Shown: piece after piece, positions 26,717 through 36,948 of the stretch | How the letters are laid out: every line of letters starts with the position of its first letter | Numbering within the stretch: position 1 is the first letter of the stretch | Origin: a virus | Taxonomy: Duplodnaviria > Caudoviricetes | DNA: 63,784 bases | Direction: 5' to 3' (one strand) | IMG/VR virus record: IMGVR_UViG_3300045284_000147 | Span: 1-63,784 of that record | Notes under the pieces: model-generated | Told to the model about the DNA's origin: nothing | Databases searched by the model: none | What the model saw: only the letters and a program-made list of their open reading frames with translations | Translations under genes and position numbers: made by a program

Positions 26717-29641
26717 CTACTTCTTGGGTTCAATGTCGTTGTAGAGATCGTCCGGTATGTCCCCGGCGAAGAGCTTCTCCACTTCGTACTTGGCCCACAT
26801 CCACGTATCCCTCTTGGGCTTGGGCGCGTTGGTCTCCATCGGCTCGACGCCCGCGAAGCCCACGGCCTGTACACCCGTCAGGAAGACATTGCAGTCGTAT
26901 AAGTAATCGTGATGGCCGTACGTGATCGTGGCCCGCAAGCCGGTCAGCGGTACTGCGAGTGCGATCCGCAGCGCGTCCCCGTGCGTCACCAAGCTCAATC
27001 CCGACAGGGTGAGGCTGAGCTGTGGAGCGAACGCGCCGCTTCTCGCCTGCAGACTAGCGCCGACCGGCCGCAGGTCCAACGCTGGTACGAACGCACCAGA
27101 TACGGCTGAGAGCGTTTGGCCGACAAGGGTGGGGGAGATGCGCACCCCCAACACGCCCGGCAGCACAGCGCACTGGGAACCGCCTAGCGCGAGCACCAGA
27201 TCGACCCCCAGTGTACCCCCTCTCGCGCTCGCCGCCAGCCCGGTCAGCTCGACGCTGATCCGTGGCGTGAGATCGCCCTGCACGACGTTCGCCACCAGCC
27301 CGGCCAGCCCGGTGTTGTACCCGGCGGAAACCGAGAACGCGCCCTGCTGCGTGGCGAGCTGCAACCCGGTGAGCGCAGCGGTGGCATCCTGCGAGATGTG
27401 GCCATCGAGGACCCCCTGCTGCACCGTCAGCTCCAGCCCGGTCGCCGCACTGATGACTCCGGTGGTAACGGTCACGTTGCCAACCGCCCCGGTTGCGGAC
27501 ACTCCCGTTATGCTGAACGTATTCGATGTACGCAGTGCGCCCTGCCGCACCGTCGCTTCTAAACCATCGAGGAATACAGTGATGTCGGCCCCGGCTTGGA
27601 TACCGGAGAAGTGCCCGCGCTGCACCGTCGCCTGCACTCCCTCCACGTGCCAGAGGGGCGTCCCCCACACGAGGAGCTTCTGACCGGTCAGGTAGACGAC
27701 GCGATCAACCGGATCGGCTTCCTCCCATGGTGCAAACCCGGCAGGTGGAGCGAAGTTAAACGACGCCGCGCTGAAGTGCCCTATGTCTGATGGGTTGGGC
27801 GGGTCTCCATATTTATAGTCGGGCCAGTGAATCGGATATTCAGGGAAGGCAGTCGTGGTGATGACCGTCTTTATGTTGGTGTACTGCGGCAGCACACCTG
27901 TTGCTGGATCGGCTCCATTGCTGCTGTTGAACCACTTGCCGTTGTAACCGAACCAAATCTTTCCTGCGTTGAAATCCACGGCAAGCTGCAGCACACGGCC
28001 GGGGACGAACACGTCGAGCCAATCACCAACTTTGCCGTAGCCGTAGATCGGATCGGGGTCGCCATAAGTTGGATCGGCATGAAGGTTGAACCAGCTCTCC
28101 CGTGGCCGGTAACCACCAACGTCGGAGTTCCACGCATTTCTGATGATGCCGCTCCACAACGTGTACTCGGCGAACTCCAACGAGCCGTACTGCCTCGATA
28201 TGCCGATCCCCGGCCCCCGCGAGTAGCCACCCTCGTAAGCTGAGAGGAAAGCGAGAACGACTTCAAAGTAGTATTTGCCGCTGTTGATCGCCCGCCCCAG
28301 CGTTGCCCGAACCGAATAGGTCTGCTGGTTGGGCGGATCGTTCATGGTCACGCCCATGTTGGCGTCGGTCAGCGTAACGTACGGACTCTTGTCGTTCGGG
28401 TTCCACGTGACCTTCTGCCGGTTGCGGTCTATCCCCATCAGGTTGAACCGCGCCTGCGCCGATATGCCGAGCAGCATGATCGACACGTCGGGATCGGCGA
28501 AGATGACCACCCCGAACCCGCCCTTCTGCGCCGTCATCGCCTGCCCGGTCAACCCGACAGATATACTCGCGCCTTCTATGTCCTCCCACGGTATGAAGCC
28601 CGCCGGACAGTAGAGCTGGTTGTTGACCGTGGCGTGCAGCACCGCCACCTGCGAGAACGAGTTGGGGATGGCGCTGCCCATCGATCCCAGTATCAGCACC
28701 GGATGCGGGAAGCCGCTGACTCCGCTGTACGTCGGGTTAACCCCGGTGGTTGGGTCGCCGCCACCCACCCACGTGCCGTTATAGCCGAACCAGATCAGCC
28801 CGGCGGTGAAGTCGAGCGCGCACATGATCGGCGCGTCGGTGACGAACGTGTACGTGCCCTGCGCTATCGCCGTTCCATTGTGCTGCACCTGCAGCGTGCC
28901 GTTGAACAGAACGTTCAACGCCCACGAGTACAAGTCCTCGCCACCGGCCGCTGCCATCCCCAGCGACTTGCTCGACAGGAACATGCTGTGCCAGCCGTTG
29001 CTGATGCCGAACGCCTGATTAGGCTTGGATAGCGCAACCTCGAAGTACCGCTTGCCACCGTACGCGTCCTCTCCACCTGTGGAGTAGACATACGGATTGG
29101 GATCGGAGAACGCGGTGGCCGTGAGCTTCGGCGTACCGGAGAGCGTGATGTTGGAGTGGGCGAAGTCCCACTGGATGACTCCGGTGGATACCTTGCCGGT
29201 CATGCTCCCGCGTTGCGCGGCTAGTGCCAACCCGGTCAACGACACCGTTGTCTGTGTTGGCGTCGATGCAGCAAGCCCACCACGCTGCGTAGTTGTTGCT
29301 TGGCCAACCAGCGGAACCAAGTACGTGACTGCCGCAGCAGGCGTACTTTGCTGTACCGTCAGGTCTAAACCTGACAGAGTAACTGAGTACGAGCTGCCGG
29401 GGGACGTTGCGACAAGTACGTTCTGCTGTGTTGCTACCTGCTGTCCGCTGAGCGCAACAACGACATTGCCACCGGCGACGGATGCGGTGAGCACACCCTG
29501 CTGCACGCTCGCCTGCTGCCCGACAAGCTGGGCACCGGTTGCTCCACCATCGAAGTTGATCGCGTTACCGGGCGGCGGCGTGTACGGCGCACCCGTGCCG
29601 TCGAAGTTGATCGCATTGCCGAGAGGCGGGGTGTAGGCCAT
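26717..29641 (-). CDS. fibre protein with LxGxQ..QG repeats and two SPRY/ConA-like domains
   Basis: GKRYFEV..ALDFTAGLIWFGYNGTW and GKYYFEV..AVDFNAGKIWFGYNGKW..PPAGFAPW; duplicated YTPPxGNAINFDG at the N-terminus. Confidence 0.75.
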   Translation of the reverse strand: MAYTPPLGNAINFDGTGAPYTPPPGNAINFDGGATGAQLVGQQASVQQGVLTASVAGGNVVVALSGQQVATQQNVLVATSPGSSYSVTLSGLDLTVQQSTPAAAVTYLVPLVGQATTTQRGGLAASTPTQTTVSLTGLALAAQRGSMTGKVSTGVIQWDFAHSNITLSGTPKLTATAFSDPNPYVYSTGGEDAYGGKRYFEVALSKPNQAFGISNGWHSMFLSSKSLGMAAAGGEDLYSWALNVLFNGTLQVQHNGTAIAQGTYTFVTDAPIMCALDFTAGLIWFGYNGTWVGGGDPTTGVNPTYSGVSGFPHPVLILGSMGSAIPNSFSQVAVLHATVNNQLYCPAGFIPWEDIEGASISVGLTGQAMTAQKGGFGVVIFADPDVSIMLLGISAQARFNLMGIDRNRQKVTWNPNDKSPYVTLTDANMGVTMNDPPNQQTYSVRATLGRAINSGKYYFEVVLAFLSAYEGGYSRGPGIGISRQYGSLEFAEYTLWSGIIRNAWNSDVGGYRPRESWFNLHADPTYGDPDPIYGYGKVGDWLDVFVPGRVLQLAVDFNAGKIWFGYNGKWFNSSNGADPATGVLPQYTNIKTVITTTAFPEYPIHWPDYKYGDPPNPSDIGHFSAASFNFAPPAGFAPWEEADPVDRVVYLTGQKLLVWGTPLWHVEGVQATVQRGHFSGIQAGADITVFLDGLEATVRQGALRTSNTFSITGVSATGAVGNVTVTTGVISAATGLELTVQQGVLDGHISQDATAALTGLQLATQQGAFSVSAGYNTGLAGLVANVVQGDLTPRISVELTGLAASARGGTLGVDLVLALGGSQCAVLPGVLGVRISPTLVGQTLSAVSGAFVPALDLRPVGASLQARSGAFAPQLSLTLSGLSLVTHGDALRIALAVPLTGLRATITYGHHDYLYDCNVFLTGVQAVGFAGVEPMETNAPKPKRDTWMWAKYEVEKLFAGDIPDDLYNDIEPKK

Positions 29642-29985
29642 TACAGCGGAGCGATCCAATCGTAGACGAGCGCCTGCTCCGAACCGTCAACCGTGCAATC
29701 GAGCACAAGGTACTTCCCCGGCGCGAGCTTGGGAAAAACGAAGATGGCTCCCGGTAGCAGCGTGCCTGTTTCGTAGATCACCTTCGCGTGCGGAGGCTGC
29801 GTCATGATAGTAACCCGACGTGGTTTAGGACTCCCGCCCACATACGTCCTGCCACTCGCCGTCTTGTCGCCACCGGCCGCGATCACGGAACCAGTGAAAC
29901 GTGCACCGGGACCCATCGCCGCAGGCTGAGTGCGTATCGGACTGGCGGAAATCGAACCAAACTTGCAGGTAGTAAGAGTCGCCAT
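29641..29985 (-). CDS. small Ig-like tail accessory protein
   Basis: Coupled on both sides (TGATG, TAATG); beta-rich, LAPGKYLV. Confidence 0.6.
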   Translation of the reverse strand: MATLTTCKFGSISASPIRTQPAAMGPGARFTGSVIAAGGDKTASGRTYVGGSPKPRRVTIMTQPPHAKVIYETGTLLPGAIFVFPKLAPGKYLVLDCTVDGSEQALVYDWIAPL

Positions 29986-31196
29986 CACCACGGTCCGTAA
30001 CGGTCGAACTGCACTGAACCTTGAGCACCACCAGCGGCATGCCAGACATTAAGCAATGTCACACCGGGAAGAGCGGGGATGTTGATGGCGGTGTCGAATT
30101 CGCTCGCGAACGGAATCGCGTTGTGGTTGTGCACGTACAATCCGCGCGGCCTGCCACGAACGACACTGTTGAAACCCTCGTTCATGTTGGGAGCATCGAA
30201 CCAGTACGCGGCATCCACGGGGTTCGGCACTCCCACAGCGCCATTAGCCCCACCAAGAACACTGCTCGAATACGAAGCGGCATTCATCCATTTCCAAATT
30301 TGGCACTGCTGAACACCACCGACTACCGACTGTCCGTACGCACGCGCTACATACAGTCCGGTCTGCGCGGTATAGGCACCCATGTAATACGAGAAACCCA
30401 AACCATTCGCAGCGCCACTCGCGGACGCAGCATTGAAGGTTGACCAGCCACTAATCATGCAGTTGTACGCATCCCCCGGCTTGTTCGAGTTGAATCCACC
30501 GAAGCCGTAGAGTCCACGTCCGCTCGTGAACGAATTGTCGCTGTTCGGAATGAAGTAGAACGTCGCTCCATCACCAATGAGAAACCATGGTCGTGCTGTC
30601 GCATCCGCCGTCAGACTCTTGCGCCAGCACAGTCCGTTAACCTGCTGGGCTGCGGTGGGGAATCCGTTCGTGCCGGGATTGATGTCGGCCATCACCTCCC
30701 AGCCACGCACCGCAGCTTCTTTCGCACCACCCGTTGTCGGGATCGTGTTGCTGTCGTCCACACGAAAGTAGAACTGCGGCATGTTCGGAATGCCGGATTG
30801 CGACAGGTACGCACCTATACCCGTCGCATTGAACGGCTTCGTCCATCCAAGGGGTGAACGCTTGTAAGTGATCGTTCCAGTGATCACACCCAGCCCACCC
30901 GGTCCCTGAAACGAGAAGTGCGTACTGTCGATGAACGCGATGATCTGATCAGTATTGAGCACCGCTCCCGCACCGGTTATACCGGCAAGGGTGAGGTGAT
31001 CGAGATTCTCCAGTGATACGTCGGTAGGGATCGTCGCCGTGTACGTCGTGCCCGCTTCCACGATGCTCGTCACATTCTGCGCCGTCCCGCCATTCACCAG
31101 CACCGCATCGAGCACGGCGGTCAATGCGCTCTGCACACCGTTCAACACCGGCATCCCCACATCCGTGGAGCGATATTCCTGCGTGAAGTTAGGCAT
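29985..31196 (-). CDS. tail fibre/receptor-binding-like protein
   Basis: N-terminal YRSTD.G.PVL.G...L.AVLDAVLVNG; GWTKPF; RPWFLIGD. Confidence 0.65.
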   Translation of the reverse strand: MPNFTQEYRSTDVGMPVLNGVQSALTAVLDAVLVNGGTAQNVTSIVEAGTTYTATIPTDVSLENLDHLTLAGITGAGAVLNTDQIIAFIDSTHFSFQGPGGLGVITGTITYKRSPLGWTKPFNATGIGAYLSQSGIPNMPQFYFRVDDSNTIPTTGGAKEAAVRGWEVMADINPGTNGFPTAAQQVNGLCWRKSLTADATARPWFLIGDGATFYFIPNSDNSFTSGRGLYGFGGFNSNKPGDAYNCMISGWSTFNAASASGAANGLGFSYYMGAYTAQTGLYVARAYGQSVVGGVQQCQIWKWMNAASYSSSVLGGANGAVGVPNPVDAAYWFDAPNMNEGFNSVVRGRPRGLYVHNHNAIPFASEFDTAINIPALPGVTLLNVWHAAGGAQGSVQFDRYGPW

Positions 31197-33225
31197 ACTC
31201 TTCTTCCTCTTCTGCGATCACGAACAACGGATCGTCGTCTGTGCGCACGGTTAACTCTTCGGGTTGGGTCATAACCGTCAGCTCGATGCTCTCCATGCGC
31301 ACGAACCAGTCCTCGTACTTCGGCTTTGTGCTCAGCGCATCCTCACCCGTCTTGGCGGTGACCTTCCTGTCTTCCTTCGTTGTGCTCAACACGGCATCAT
31401 CCACCCTGACGGTCAACCCCTCAACCGGCACGGTGGCGTAAAGCAGCTCCACTTCGGAGCGCGCCCACAACTCCTCGACCTTCAGCAGCGTCCACACATC
31501 GAAGTCGCTCGACGCACTGGGCACACTGAAGTCACCCTGCTGCGTCTCCAGCTCCAACCCGGTGAGCAGTGCCGAGAAGTCCCTGATCTGGATCGCACCA
31601 GAGAGCACCGTCAGCTCCAGCCCCGTCGCCCCCACCTCAATGGCTGGTATGAACATACCAGTAATGGCTGGGAGCGATTGGCCGATCAGAGCTAAGGACA
31701 GGACAGGTACGAGCACGCCGCCCACCACGGCCAGCTCCTGCCCCACCAGCGGAGCTGATTTCTCGGTGAACAGGACATCCCCAAGCTGGACCGTCAGCGG
31801 CCCCATGGCGAGCGTCACCGCGATCCCCGGCACCAGCCCACCCCGCTGCACCGCCACCGCCAGCCCGGCGAACGCCACCGCGATCCCCGGCACCAGCTCG
31901 CCCGGCTGCACCACCAACTCCAGCCCGGTGAGCATCACGCTGCGATCCGGCGTGCCCAGCGCACCCTGCTCCACGACGAGCTGTTGACCGGTGAGGATCA
32001 CGCCGAATGTCCCTGCCACCAGCGTCAGCCCCGCCTGCACCGACACCTGTTGCCCAGTCAGGATGACATCGATCGCTGGTACGAACGCACCACGCTGCGT
32101 GCCTGCCTGCACCCCGGCGAACGCGGCGTCATTCGCAGTTCCCAGCCCACCCTGCCGCACCTGCAGCTCTGAACCCGACAAGGCGACATCGATGGTGACG
32201 AGCAAGGCACCCGATGCCATCGTCGCCTGTAAACCGGTAAGGGTGGCACCACCGGCACCAACTGCGGCCAGCACGCCCTGTTGCGTTACCACTTGCTGAC
32301 CAGACAGCACGGCACCGGCGGTAGCCATGGGAGCGAGCGCGCCCTGCTGCATGCTCACCTGCAAGCCAGCGAAGCCGGTGGCGATAGCTGGAGTCAATTT
32401 GCCATACACCATCAACGCCTGCAGACCAGTGAGCGCAACGACGTTGCCGACATCCGAGACCAGCACGCCCTGCTGCACGTTCGCTTGTGAACCTGCAAGG
32501 CTGATAACGAGGGATGGGACCAGCGTACTCTGCTGTACGCTGAGCTGCTGACCAACAAGGGCTACAGCCGTTACCCCCGAAGGTTGCGTCAGGCCATACT
32601 GCACGGTCACCTGCAACCCGCTGAGCACGACGCTGCGATCTGGCGTACCCATCACGTCCTGCTGCACGACGAGCTGCTGACCGGTGAGCGCGACGATGCT
32701 GGTGATGACGGGAGTGAGCACACCGCCGTCGATGTTCACTCGCCTGCCAGTCAGCGCGATGAACGAGGAGATGACGGGAGTCAGCACATCCTGCAGCACC
32801 GTCGCTTGCAATCCGACGAGCGCCGCAGCGTTACTTGCAGTCAGGACGAACACACCCTCTTGCGCGTTCAACTGCTGACCCACCAGCATCACCGCAACCT
32901 GCGAGGCTAACGTGCCTGTCTGCAAGTTCGCTTGCTGACCGACGAGCGCAGTGAGAATGCCGGGGATGAGCGTGCCGCTCTGCACACTCACCTGCTGGCC
33001 CAGCACCGTGTTGGCGTTCGTAACGGCAGGGAACAGCGTGCCACGCTGCGTGCTCACCTGCTGACCCACGAGCACGACGGTGATCGCCGTGCCCGGCACC
33101 AGCGCGCCCTGCTGCGTCTGCAGCAGGATATCGACGGGTATTACGTCGAACGACTCTACTTGGAACGATTCAAACTGAAACGCACCAATGTAGAAAGAAC
33201 GCAGCGGTGCGCTGGCATCGGCCAC
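31189..33225 (-). CDS. repeat (tape-like) virion protein
   Basis: About 25 repeats of LxGxQxxxQQGxL (21-24-aa period) and an acidic tail of 9-aa repeats. Confidence 0.75.
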   Translation of the reverse strand: MADASAPLRSFYIGAFQFESFQVESFDVIPVDILLQTQQGALVPGTAITVVLVGQQVSTQRGTLFPAVTNANTVLGQQVSVQSGTLIPGILTALVGQQANLQTGTLASQVAVMLVGQQLNAQEGVFVLTASNAAALVGLQATVLQDVLTPVISSFIALTGRRVNIDGGVLTPVITSIVALTGQQLVVQQDVMGTPDRSVVLSGLQVTVQYGLTQPSGVTAVALVGQQLSVQQSTLVPSLVISLAGSQANVQQGVLVSDVGNVVALTGLQALMVYGKLTPAIATGFAGLQVSMQQGALAPMATAGAVLSGQQVVTQQGVLAAVGAGGATLTGLQATMASGALLVTIDVALSGSELQVRQGGLGTANDAAFAGVQAGTQRGAFVPAIDVILTGQQVSVQAGLTLVAGTFGVILTGQQLVVEQGALGTPDRSVMLTGLELVVQPGELVPGIAVAFAGLAVAVQRGGLVPGIAVTLAMGPLTVQLGDVLFTEKSAPLVGQELAVVGGVLVPVLSLALIGQSLPAITGMFIPAIEVGATGLELTVLSGAIQIRDFSALLTGLELETQQGDFSVPSASSDFDVWTLLKVEELWARSEVELLYATVPVEGLTVRVDDAVLSTTKEDRKVTAKTGEDALSTKPKYEDWFVRMESIELTVMTQPEELTVRTDDDPLFVIAEEEEEYA

Positions 33226-34476
33226 TTACACCTCGCACACTCCCGCTTGGCGCTGTCCCTTGAGCGCAACCAAGTCGGCATACACGTAGAGCAGGTTGTG
33301 CTCCTTGTGCCAGTCACTGGGGAACTCCTGCCACACACGCGTGCCCTGAAAGCGCGCGACGATGCCGGGCACGTACTGCCGTTGCTGCGCACGCGTGTAG
33401 TACCAGAACGAGTTCGTGTTCCAGAACGAACAATGGGTCGGGTCTTGGAACGCACCTCGGCCGTCAGTTGAAGGAGTGGCTGAAAGCAACCAGCCACCGG
33501 GAACCAAGACCCGGTAGATTTCGTTCATCACGCCAACCGTGCAGTACGGCGGCTCATGCTTGCAGGATGAGTCACGACAGTGAGGAATGTGTTCGAGGAA
33601 GTCGTACGCCCTAACTACACCAATCGATGAGTCGGCGAACGGCCACTTCTTACGAAGGTCGTAACCGCTCTTCAGGTCCACCGCGATGAACCCTTCGGGG
33701 CAACCTGTCGCCCCACCGAGATCGAGCTTGGGCAGCTCCATGCGTCGGCACCACTCGTGCACCAGCGCGTGGGTGTACTTGTTCGACAACTCATGCTGCT
33801 TGGTCTGAATTTCCGCGTTGCGCTTCAGCCACGTGTTGCTGCCGTCATCCTTGATTCGGTACAGGTACAGGCACTCCTCAATGTGATGGAAGCTAACCCC
33901 AGCTAGGTAAGTACGAATCAGCAAATCGAAGTCGTCGCATACGCCAAGGTTCGGATCGTGCCCGGCAACCTTGTGGTACGCGTCCTTGCTCCACACTCGC
34001 ACGTGATCCGGCGCGAAGAAAATCTGACGCATCGATGAGGCGTTGACATCGAAGCTGCGGTTCACCTTGTACGAATCCTGCTGGTAATGCTCCCAACCGA
34101 ACTCCTTGCCGAACAACAGACACGTGCCATTACTGCGAAACTGCGCCGCATCGGAGTAGATAAAGTCGGCATCCACCGCCGCGATCTTATCCAGCGCGGT
34201 TGGCAGCAGGATGTCGTCGTGATCCAGCTCGACCAGATACTCCCCTTCGCACTGGTGACACGCGTACCGCTTGACCGCACCCACGCCAGACGCGGACATC
34301 CATGCCGGTGCGGTCAGCACACGCACGCGTGTATCATCCAGTTCGGATGATAGCTTCGCGCCGTTGTTGAGCACGACCACCCATTCCCAGTCCTTGTACG
34401 TCTGCGCCAGCAGCGAGTCGTACGTCTCCTTCAGAAACTTCGTGTCGTGCGTTGGTGTGAAAACACTGAACTTCAA
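33226..34476 (-). CDS. GT2 glycosyltransferase fused to class I SAM methyltransferase
   Basis: FSVFTPT..SLLAQTY.DWEWVVV, ELDHDD, DDFDL; then LDLGG, WPFADSS, DFLEH, EIYRVLVPGG, DPTH. Confidence 0.9.
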   Translation of the reverse strand: MKFSVFTPTHDTKFLKETYDSLLAQTYKDWEWVVVLNNGAKLSSELDDTRVRVLTAPAWMSASGVGAVKRYACHQCEGEYLVELDHDDILLPTALDKIAAVDADFIYSDAAQFRSNGTCLLFGKEFGWEHYQQDSYKVNRSFDVNASSMRQIFFAPDHVRVWSKDAYHKVAGHDPNLGVCDDFDLLIRTYLAGVSFHHIEECLYLYRIKDDGSNTWLKRNAEIQTKQHELSNKYTHALVHEWCRRMELPKLDLGGATGCPEGFIAVDLKSGYDLRKKWPFADSSIGVVRAYDFLEHIPHCRDSSCKHEPPYCTVGVMNEIYRVLVPGGWLLSATPSTDGRGAFQDPTHCSFWNTNSFWYYTRAQQRQYVPGIVARFQGTRVWQEFPSDWHKEHNLLYVYADLVALKGQRQAGVCEV

Positions 34477-35174
34477 ATGATTGGCCCTTTCACGTTGCTA
34501 CTTGTCTTGCCGATCCAAGTAATCGCGTTGCCGCGTGTGTTGACGGTCCACGCCGTCCCCGATGTACCAAATCCCTGATCTGCCCAAACTGAGCCGCCAT
34601 AACCAAGATCGCCGGGAACATCACCACCGGGCATGCCGCCCTGACCGGGAGCGTTATACGTGCCAGCCGTCGCACCTGTGCCGTCACCAGCACCGTTACC
34701 ACCCACGTAACCCTGCCCACCACCGCCACCTCCACCCCACGAAGTTGGGAACGGGCCGAACTCCGCAGTTGACCCCGCACCACCATGCCCACCACCACCA
34801 CCACACGAAAGAAAGCCAGACGGACCCATCTCAATCGTAATGGGATAGCGAAGATCAAGCACATTACCTGCCCTCAAACCAGCCTGTCCGCCGCTGTTAA
34901 GACCACCACCAGCACCCCCCGCACCTCCAGCCGATACCAATGATCCTTGAATGATGAGCTTGACCGTTGAACCAGCAACCCAACCGGTACCCATGTCGAG
35001 CGTAACGCCACTGGTCCCGGCACGACCCATGATGACACCGGGATCGATTACAACTATAAAGTCGCCGCGATAATTTGGTGAACCACACTTCGAGAATATA
35101 TTCTGCGAACTGGTGCTCGAAGCAGAGTAGTGAAAAACATTCTGAGCACCAAACATCGAGCCGTGCGCAGGCAT
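34473..35174 (-). CDS. glycine-rich fibre-tip adhesin (T-even gp38-like)
   Basis: Several polyglycine tracts (GGAGGAGGG, GGGGGHGG, WGGGGGGG); directly after a fibre gene. Confidence 0.6.
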   Translation of the reverse strand: MPAHGSMFGAQNVFHYSASSTSSQNIFSKCGSPNYRGDFIVVIDPGVIMGRAGTSGVTLDMGTGWVAGSTVKLIIQGSLVSAGGAGGAGGGLNSGGQAGLRAGNVLDLRYPITIEMGPSGFLSCGGGGGHGGAGSTAEFGPFPTSWGGGGGGGQGYVGGNGAGDGTGATAGTYNAPGQGGMPGGDVPGDLGYGGSVWADQGFGTSGTAWTVNTRGNAITWIGKTSSNVKGPII

Positions 35175-36271
35175 CAGGCCATCCCTTTGGCGAAGCCCAC
35201 CACATCAACTGTCGCACCGTCGTGGCAACGCAGCGTGATCTCGTCGCGACCTGAAGCCGTAAGAGAGTAAACTCCCGCACCACCCGGCCACTTCACGCCG
35301 GGGAAGAGCGAAGCAATCGAAGTCGCCACACCCCCATTGGTTAAGGACACCACCAAGTAACCAACAACACCACTTGGCAAATTGCTGTGAGAGAACACCG
35401 CACCAGCAGCAGTGATCGTCGCTGTAATCAGGCCATTCGCCCAATTAAGAGCCGTAGTTCCGGCTGCAACACTGCCGAGCGCGAGCTTGGCTTCTCGCTC
35501 ATAAAGTGTCCATACCGAATTGATGTTGAGGAGTGCTCTACCTCCCGCGTTGAGATTGCCGTTGACATCGATGACGAACGCATTGCCTTCGTGCAGCAGC
35601 CGGTACGACACCGCACCCATCGACCAACCGCCGACTCTCCATTGATTGTCGGTGTCGAGACCAAATCCTGATGCCCAGTAACCGACACGGTGAAACGACA
35701 TGAACGCTGCATCGCCCGCGCCACCATTGCTGCGCACTTCCAACCTATGCTGACCGCCGGTATCTGCAGCAACCGCACCGGTTGAACCGATAACGTAGCT
35801 CATCCCGGTAACTTGAAGCGAGCCGCCGCCATCGATGATGTTATCGGAATAGCGATAAAGATAACCTGCCAGACTCGGTGTCGTACCGGCCGGTCCCTGT
35901 GGCCCCGCACCACCTGCTGCACCGGCCGCACCCTGCGGACCCTGCGGACCCGTGCCCCCAACCGTACCGGTTGATCCCTGCGGTCCCTGCACACCGGGTG
36001 ATCCCTGCGCACCTGTCCCCGGTGGACCCTGCACACCGGCCGGTCCCTGTGGCCCTGTAGCAGCGCCCGGTCCCTGCGGTCCCTGTGCGCCTGTCACACC
36101 CTGCGCACCCTGCACACCCTGCGGCCCGCCCGGCGTACCCGGTACCCCCTGCGGTCCCTGCGAACCGACCGCGCTGCCACCCAGCCACGCACCTGCTGCA
36201 CTGTTCCACGTCCACAACGCGCCGCCTGCAGCGAACTGCTGGCCATCAACCGGTGAGGTAGGGAAGTCCAT
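35174..36271 (-). CDS. collagen-like tail fibre 2
   Basis: MDFPTSP..WTWN N-terminus, (Gly-X-Y)n, C-terminal KWPGG domain. Confidence 0.8.
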   Translation of the reverse strand: MDFPTSPVDGQQFAAGGALWTWNSAAGAWLGGSAVGSQGPQGVPGTPGGPQGVQGAQGVTGAQGPQGPGAATGPQGPAGVQGPPGTGAQGSPGVQGPQGSTGTVGGTGPQGPQGAAGAAGGAGPQGPAGTTPSLAGYLYRYSDNIIDGGGSLQVTGMSYVIGSTGAVAADTGGQHRLEVRSNGGAGDAAFMSFHRVGYWASGFGLDTDNQWRVGGWSMGAVSYRLLHEGNAFVIDVNGNLNAGGRALLNINSVWTLYEREAKLALGSVAAGTTALNWANGLITATITAAGAVFSHSNLPSGVVGYLVVSLTNGGVATSIASLFPGVKWPGGAGVYSLTASGRDEITLRCHDGATVDVVGFAKGMA

Positions 36272-36948
36272 CAGGCTTCACAAAACAGAAGAGGTTGAGC
36301 ATCAGGATACGCATCAGGAAAAGTAATCATCGACACGCCACTTCTGAAATTCTGCGAACTTCCTGAAGTCCCGTGATACCACGGTTGCGGAGTAACCACT
36401 GCGCTTGTGTACACGTCAGCGCAAAGTGCAATCTGCGCAGTCGTGCCAGCGGAGCCAGTGTTATTGCGCTGACGAGCACCGTTGGGATATCCACTTGGTG
36501 GATTGATGTTTGCTCCAACGGCAACAGCCGGACGTGCTGCAATCCATAGCATGACCTGATTTGCAGCAACCGGATCAATTGGAATGCCATCAACACTAAG
36601 CGATGCCGTTCCATTCTGCGCGAGCGACTCCACATCGATGGGCAATCGCGCACCCTGAACAGCAATCATGATGCCTGCACATGGTCCTCCTCCGCTGCTT
36701 ATTGTCCACGTATAGCTTGCCGGTTCGCTTAACGCCTGCTTGTAGAAGACACGATAATAAGTACCAGCACCAATGCTGTAATCGTGCAATAACGTCCAAC
36801 CTGCAAGAGTATTGAACCCGACAGAACTCGCCACCACCGTGCCGAAGACAAGAATGTCGCCATTGACGGTATTCGCAGGCGCGGTGACTACGACGCTGGA
36901 TGAGTTCGTATTCCCGAATCCCGATGCGAAGCCGACTGCCTGTGCCAT
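36271..36948 (-). CDS. fibre-tip partner protein
   Basis: [28 protein letters not shown]; coupled to fibre 1; lower GC. Confidence 0.6.
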   Translation of the reverse strand: MAQAVGFASGFGNTNSSSVVVTAPANTVNGDILVFGTVVASSVGFNTLAGWTLLHDYSIGAGTYYRVFYKQALSEPASYTWTISSGGGPCAGIMIAVQGARLPIDVESLAQNGTASLSVDGIPIDPVAANQVMLWIAARPAVAVGANINPPSGYPNGARQRNNTGSAGTTAQIALCADVYTSAVVTPQPWYHGTSGSSQNFRSGVSMITFPDAYPDAQPLLFCEA

